Of a stretch of DNA of 24,000 nt, positions 14,486 to 24,000 are shown piece after piece (position 1 is the stretch's first letter; each line of letters opens with the position of its first letter). The translations under genes were made by a program, and so were the position numbers. The notes under the pieces were generated by a model that did not search any database, was not told where the DNA came from, and was given only the letters and a program-made list of their open reading frames with translations. The stretch comes from Thermococcus aggregans (GTDB taxonomy: Archaea; Methanobacteriota_B; Thermococci; Thermococcales; Thermococcaceae): positions 1,453,054 through 1,477,053 of the forward strand of contig NZ_CP099582.1 in assembly GCF_024022995.1 (NCBI RefSeq), written 5' to 3'.

Positions 14486-16041
14486 GCCAGCCCACACTCC
14501 CAGTCATATTCCCTCTTGAGAACAACTTTAACAGGCTTCCCAAGAGCAACGTACTTGGCGAGTTCGTAGGTGTCGTTTTTGTTCGCAGGAATCCAAGGAA
14601 CATTCTCTCTCAAAACCTTAACCTCTCCGTTCTTCCACAGCTTCCACAGAAATTCTGGGCTTACAAGGACAACATCATTCCCAACCTCAACAGGAATCAG
14701 GAAGTCTCTTAGCAGAGGCTCACCTCTCCTTATCCGCACCTCAATCCATTTTAGTACATGAATGGAGCGCTCTGCCGGGTTGGTAAGCTTGGAAACTAAG
14801 GTTCCAATAAATGCTCTGTTTACTTTAAGAACCTCAACTTTTTTCCTGCCGTGAACGGCATCGACTATCTCCTGATACGTCCATGGCAGGCGGGGATGGA
14901 AGTTTTCTGCTTTGTCGAGGAGTGATATTGTTTTCTGAACTTTCTCTACATCATACGGTCCATCAGCATCTCTGATTACCACAATTTTTCCCTTGCCCTC
15001 TTCATATCTTGCAACCCTACCGAAGCGCTGGAGGAGTGAATTCATTGGAGCTGCGTCAGTTATCATAACGTCAGCTGAGACATCCACACCAGCCTCTACA
15101 ACTTGCGTCGCTATTATCAAAAACTTCTCCTCGTTCTTCCACTTTCTGAGCCTCTCTATGAGCTGCCTTTTGTGCTCTGCGGTCATTCTGCCATGAATCA
15201 GCATGATATTTCCAAATCTCAAGCTCTTAGCATTCTTGTATATCTGCACAGCTCTCCTCACGGTATTCACTATGATCAGATTCCTCCTTCCACGTCCCAC
15301 GAAGTCAAGTGGATTTCCAGTCTCTATTGAAATTTCAAACTCCTTGGAAAGCTCTCTCCTTGCGAAAGGGTCGTTTTCATTGAGCTCAAAAACATCAAAG
15401 TCATAGCCACTATTCCTAGCGTATTCTTGGAAGAGCTCCCTGTAGCCGTTAGAGAGGGTTGCTGTCATAAGTATTATCGGGACTTTCTCCTTTGTGAGAA
15501 ACCTCAAAACAGCTAGAAAAACCTCCTTCATTCGCCTGTCTTCAAGGAGAAAATGTGCCTCATCAAAGATAACGATAGAGGTGAGAATCGACGCTTGGGT
15601 AAGGTAATCATAGCCGAACTCCTTCCCAGCTTTTATCAGGCTGTAGCGCTTGGTGTTCAGCTTGAGAATATCCCATGTAAACGTGTCAGCTGTGGTTACA
15701 TTGAGCGGAAAGAGGTGCATGAACTCCTCGCTTGAGCCCATCATCTTTGTCTTTGAAAACCCAAGTGCTTCTTTGGCAGTCATATCAATGTCCTCAACGA
15801 TGGCACGCATGGGCAGGACGTGGACGACGCGGTCGTAGAGGGAGGCATCTCTAAGGGAGTGGAGAGCTAAGGTGTAGCTTATCGTGGTTTTCCCATAGCC
15901 TGTTGGAGCCCTTACAAGGAAAAAAGGAAGCTCCGAGGAATCTAAGGCTTTAATGACTTCCTCTATGAGTGGTCTCGGCTCAGGTTTGAAGTCTTTTAGC
16001 TCTGCGAGCTTTTTCACAACTTCTTTATATGCAGATATCAT
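14482..16041 (-). CDS. cas3': Cas3' SF2 helicase (type I-A split Cas3)
   Basis: Walker A APTGYGKTT, DEAH-type box FDEAH, and later QRFGRVAR. ATGA overlap with the upstream cas8a gene. Confidence 0.9.
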   Translation of the reverse strand: MISAYKEVVKKLAELKDFKPEPRPLIEEVIKALDSSELPFFLVRAPTGYGKTTISYTLALHSLRDASLYDRVVHVLPMRAIVEDIDMTAKEALGFSKTKMMGSSEEFMHLFPLNVTTADTFTWDILKLNTKRYSLIKAGKEFGYDYLTQASILTSIVIFDEAHFLLEDRRMKEVFLAVLRFLTKEKVPIILMTATLSNGYRELFQEYARNSGYDFDVFELNENDPFARRELSKEFEISIETGNPLDFVGRGRRNLIIVNTVRRAVQIYKNAKSLRFGNIMLIHGRMTAEHKRQLIERLRKWKNEEKFLIIATQVVEAGVDVSADVMITDAAPMNSLLQRFGRVARYEEGKGKIVVIRDADGPYDVEKVQKTISLLDKAENFHPRLPWTYQEIVDAVHGRKKVEVLKVNRAFIGTLVSKLTNPAERSIHVLKWIEVRIRRGEPLLRDFLIPVEVGNDVVLVSPEFLWKLWKNGEVKVLRENVPWIPANKNDTYELAKYVALGKPVKVVLKREYDWECGLA

Positions 16042-17219
16042 AGCAAAGCCTCCATGTGTGCTTCGCTCATAAAAGCTCTCAGCGTCTTTACAAGCAATCC
16101 ACTGGCTTTTGCGCTTCCCTCTATCAGCGCCCTTCCCTGCCTGAAGAGTCTGAAAATTGAGTCTTGTAGGAGTTCCCTGTTACCGGAGTTTATAGCCCTG
16201 TACAAATCCTTCACGAAAATGTATGCTAGCATCTGGTTGTCACCTGAAACACCCTTCCTAAGCTCTGTTTCTGCTATGTCAACGAGAACCCACAGAGGAT
16301 AGAAGTTGCCGTCATCGGTTTCCACCATTATGTTTATACCCCTGATTGATAGGTTCTCAACTTTTTTCACATATTTACTCAGGTATCCTTGAAGCTCTCT
16401 GAGGTCGAGTTGCACTGTTTTAAGCTCGGTGTAGACATTGCCTTCAAGGCTTATCAGATGTAGGGTCAGGGGATAAGTCTCTTCAGAGACGCTCTTTCCT
16501 TCCTCGGCGAGCTTCATTGTCAGGCGGAGTTCATAAAGCTCCTCTGAGTCTATTCTTGCCCCAGACTTCATGTTGGCATCAGTTAAGAGGAGAACTCCAT
16601 CAAGAACATTGCCTACGTCAGGGAAAAGGGTCTCCATTCCGGGCTTTGTCATCAGGTAGTATCTCCTGCCAATGTAGCCTGCGAAGGCCGTGAGGAAGCC
16701 GACCGCTATCAGCGAGAGCCAAACTGGGTCGAGGTTCACCATTGCCCTAGTTCCCGCTGTTGGCTTCAAAAATTCAGTCTGAAACTCGTAGAACTCCGGC
16801 TGCTTTACAACGGCTGGCATTATGGCGTAGGTTCCATTGAAGGGAACACCAAGGTTAATGCCTTTTTTGTCCACGGAGAAGAATGTTAAGGCTTTCTCGA
16901 CGTCGAGCTTTCCTGCTTTAATAAGCTTCACAGTCTCCTCGACTACTATACCGAAGAACTCTGTGTAAGTGTTCGGCGCCGAACGTCCAAACCAAGCTCT
17001 GAGAACCTTCTCGTAAGATGCTCTGTCGTTGCGTCCCATCTTGGAGGAGTTCACTGTAGCTCTATTGCTCAGGGTCTCCATAGCGTTTTCCAGTGCAAGA
17101 GCAAAGTCTTCATTCGAAACCTCAGTCCCTACTTGGTCAACTACCCAACCCAGTCCAAGCAGAGCAAGCTCCCTGCTGAGACCGCTTAAAGGAAACTCCT
17201 TAATCACTTTGAGAATCAT
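16038..17219 (-). CDS. cas8a: Putative type I-A large subunit (Cas8a/Csa4-like)
   Basis: 393 aa, translationally coupled (ATGA) to both cas5 and cas3'. The call rests mainly on position and size within the I-A cassette. I saw no diagnostic motif. Confidence 0.5.
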   Translation of the reverse strand: MILKVIKEFPLSGLSRELALLGLGWVVDQVGTEVSNEDFALALENAMETLSNRATVNSSKMGRNDRASYEKVLRAWFGRSAPNTYTEFFGIVVEETVKLIKAGKLDVEKALTFFSVDKKGINLGVPFNGTYAIMPAVVKQPEFYEFQTEFLKPTAGTRAMVNLDPVWLSLIAVGFLTAFAGYIGRRYYLMTKPGMETLFPDVGNVLDGVLLLTDANMKSGARIDSEELYELRLTMKLAEEGKSVSEETYPLTLHLISLEGNVYTELKTVQLDLRELQGYLSKYVKKVENLSIRGINIMVETDDGNFYPLWVLVDIAETELRKGVSGDNQMLAYIFVKDLYRAINSGNRELLQDSIFRLFRQGRALIEGSAKASGLLVKTLRAFMSEAHMEALL

Positions 17220-17951
17220 AGCACCACCTCCTCCCCTACATCTATCACCCTAAGCCTTCCTTCGACCTTAACCTTGCCTTCGGGATAGAACATCACCATG
17301 ATTCTTGCCTTTGAGTAGTTCCCTATGCCTTCCTTCCAGTCTATGACACCCTGAACAACACCATTTCCTTGAACCTTCTTACCAGTCAAAGGAAAGGCGT
17401 AGGCCGTTTCTGCTATCTCTTTCTCCATGATTCTGCCCTTTCCCAGCTCGACGCTCTCAACACTGATTACAGACTCCCTCGAACCGATCCTGCTTATCCC
17501 CCATGCGGCTCTCTCGAAGTCCTTCACTGAGAATTCCGATGCCCTGATGAGGTCATCGTTAAGGAGATAGAGCAACGTTAAGGTGTAGTCGCTTTCACCA
17601 TACATCACCGCCATCGGAAACGAGGTTACAGCACTTTCAACGCTTCCCCTGTGAAGACGGTTTATCTTCAGTATCGAGCCGTAGACCCTTGGCTTTCCAG
17701 AAACTTTCAGCGTTGTCCACTCTATGAGAGGTCTTATCCTGTCAGCAGAGCTACGTGCATTTCTCTTCGGTTCGAGCGTTTCCGTTCTGTCTCCAGCTAT
17801 GTGGAGCAACGGATACGCCAATGCTCCAATCAGCGTACTTGGCGGCGGATAGCGGAAGGCGTTGCGCATCTTGCTCTGAGGGAGTGAACGGAGCGCTATT
17901 ATTCCAGCGGGCCTCACCTCCACCTTTAAAAAGGAAATCAAAGAAATCACC

Positions 17952-17959
<8 letters not shown>
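17216..17959 (-). CDS. cas5: Cas5a (type I-A)
   Basis: Cas5 signature AFRYPPPSTLIGALAYPL near the N-terminus. I prefer ATG 17959 (MSEVISL...), which overlaps the cas7 stop by 8 nt, over the ORF-track start at 18016 inside cas7. Confidence 0.8.
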
Positions 17960-19237
<1,278 letters not shown>

Positions 19238-19265
19238 TCACCTCAGAACAAAGTGTGCATTTAGA

Positions 19266-19273
19266 ATATATAA
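19266..19273 (-). promoter_or_regulatory. Candidate TATA box (TTATATAT, minus strand) for the type I-A operon
   Basis: About 35-40 nt upstream of the csa5 ATG. The spacing relative to the SD is tight, so the TSS is uncertain. Confidence 0.3.
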
Positions 19274-19319
19274 GCTTTGCCACGGATTAAATGTTTCATC
19301 CGGATAGGCCATATGTTTC

Positions 19320-19333
19320 AAAAAATTAAAACA
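19320..19333 (-). terminator. Oligo-T terminator candidate after cas1 (minus strand GTTTTAATTTTTT)
   Basis: A T4 + T6 run on the coding strand lies about 110 nt downstream of the cas1 stop. Archaeal termination typically uses oligo-T tracts. Confidence 0.35.
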
Positions 19334-19440
19334 CTTGAAAGAGAGCTGTGAACCACTCAGGAAAACAGCCTGAATAATGGTGTTTTACTCTTCCTTGGGA
19401 ACATTAGTCGTGGATATGAAACACCACCCCATTGCGTTTA

Positions 19441-21223
<1,783 letters not shown>

Positions 21224-21232
21224 ATCACCACC

Positions 21233-23918
<2,686 letters not shown>

Positions 23919-23922
<4 letters not shown>

Positions 23923-24000
23923 TCGTGCCACCTGTGTAGGTAGACCCCGACCCCTAGTTCTTCATCGTAGGGAAGCTTCAGTTTAGGTGCCCTGCCCTTC
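23919..24000 (-). CDS. 3' end of an upstream cas gene, probably cas5 of the I-B-like module (partial, runs off the window)
   Basis: An open minus-strand frame reads ...KGRAPKLKLPYDEELGVGVYLHRWHE* and ends in a TGA overlapping the cas3 ATG. Identity is inferred only from the usual order cas7-cas5-cas3-cas4-cas1. Confidence 0.35.

Noticed and set aside
19373-19402. Possible additional degenerate CRISPR repeat ending in TTGGGAAC near the right end of the I-A cassette
   Set aside because: Only about 13 of 30 positions match the repeat without gaps, which is indistinguishable from chance in AT-rich intergenic DNA.

Overview
Archaeal chromosomal window that looks Thermococcales-like. The evidence is the GGTGAT Shine-Dalgarno sites, a tungsten AOR-family enzyme, a class I CCA-adding enzyme, and a CRISPR repeat ending ATTGAAAG. 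This taxonomic call is an inference.

Positions 1-9652 carry ordinary genes. They are a DUF116 protein, an EamA permease, a 4-cluster polyferredoxin plus an AOR-family oxidoreductase (WOR5-like pair), OsmC, three small ORFs including a MoaD/ThiS-like ubiquitin-fold protein, a GH57-like protein, and a minus-strand purine PRT-thpR-cca operon.

Positions 9666-11603 are a CRISPR array with 28 perfect 30-bp repeats, 1 degenerate trailer repeat and 28 spacers. It is transcribed on the minus strand from a 523-bp A/T-rich leader at 11604-12126.

Positions 12127-24000 are a composite cas locus. It starts with a lone plus-strand cas2. A complete type I-A cassette follows on the minus strand (csa5-cas7-cas5-cas8a-cas3'-cas3''-csa3-cas6). 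Then come cas1, an MBL-fold hydrolase, cas4, a fused HD-helicase cas3, and the tail of a probable cas5 from a type I-B-like module.

The most noteworthy observations are:
- A membrane-anchored MBL-fold hydrolase is packed tightly between cas4 and cas1.
- The I-A cassette is bracketed by a 14-bp direct repeat that sits exactly on the stop codons of cas2 and cas1.
- Relics of the degenerate trailer repeat lie at the cas6 stop codon and inside the leader.
- The array abuts an RNA-end-processing operon with no terminator between them.
- The ubiquitin-like protein has a diglycine followed by a 13-residue tail.

No searches were run. All family calls come from motif recognition by eye.
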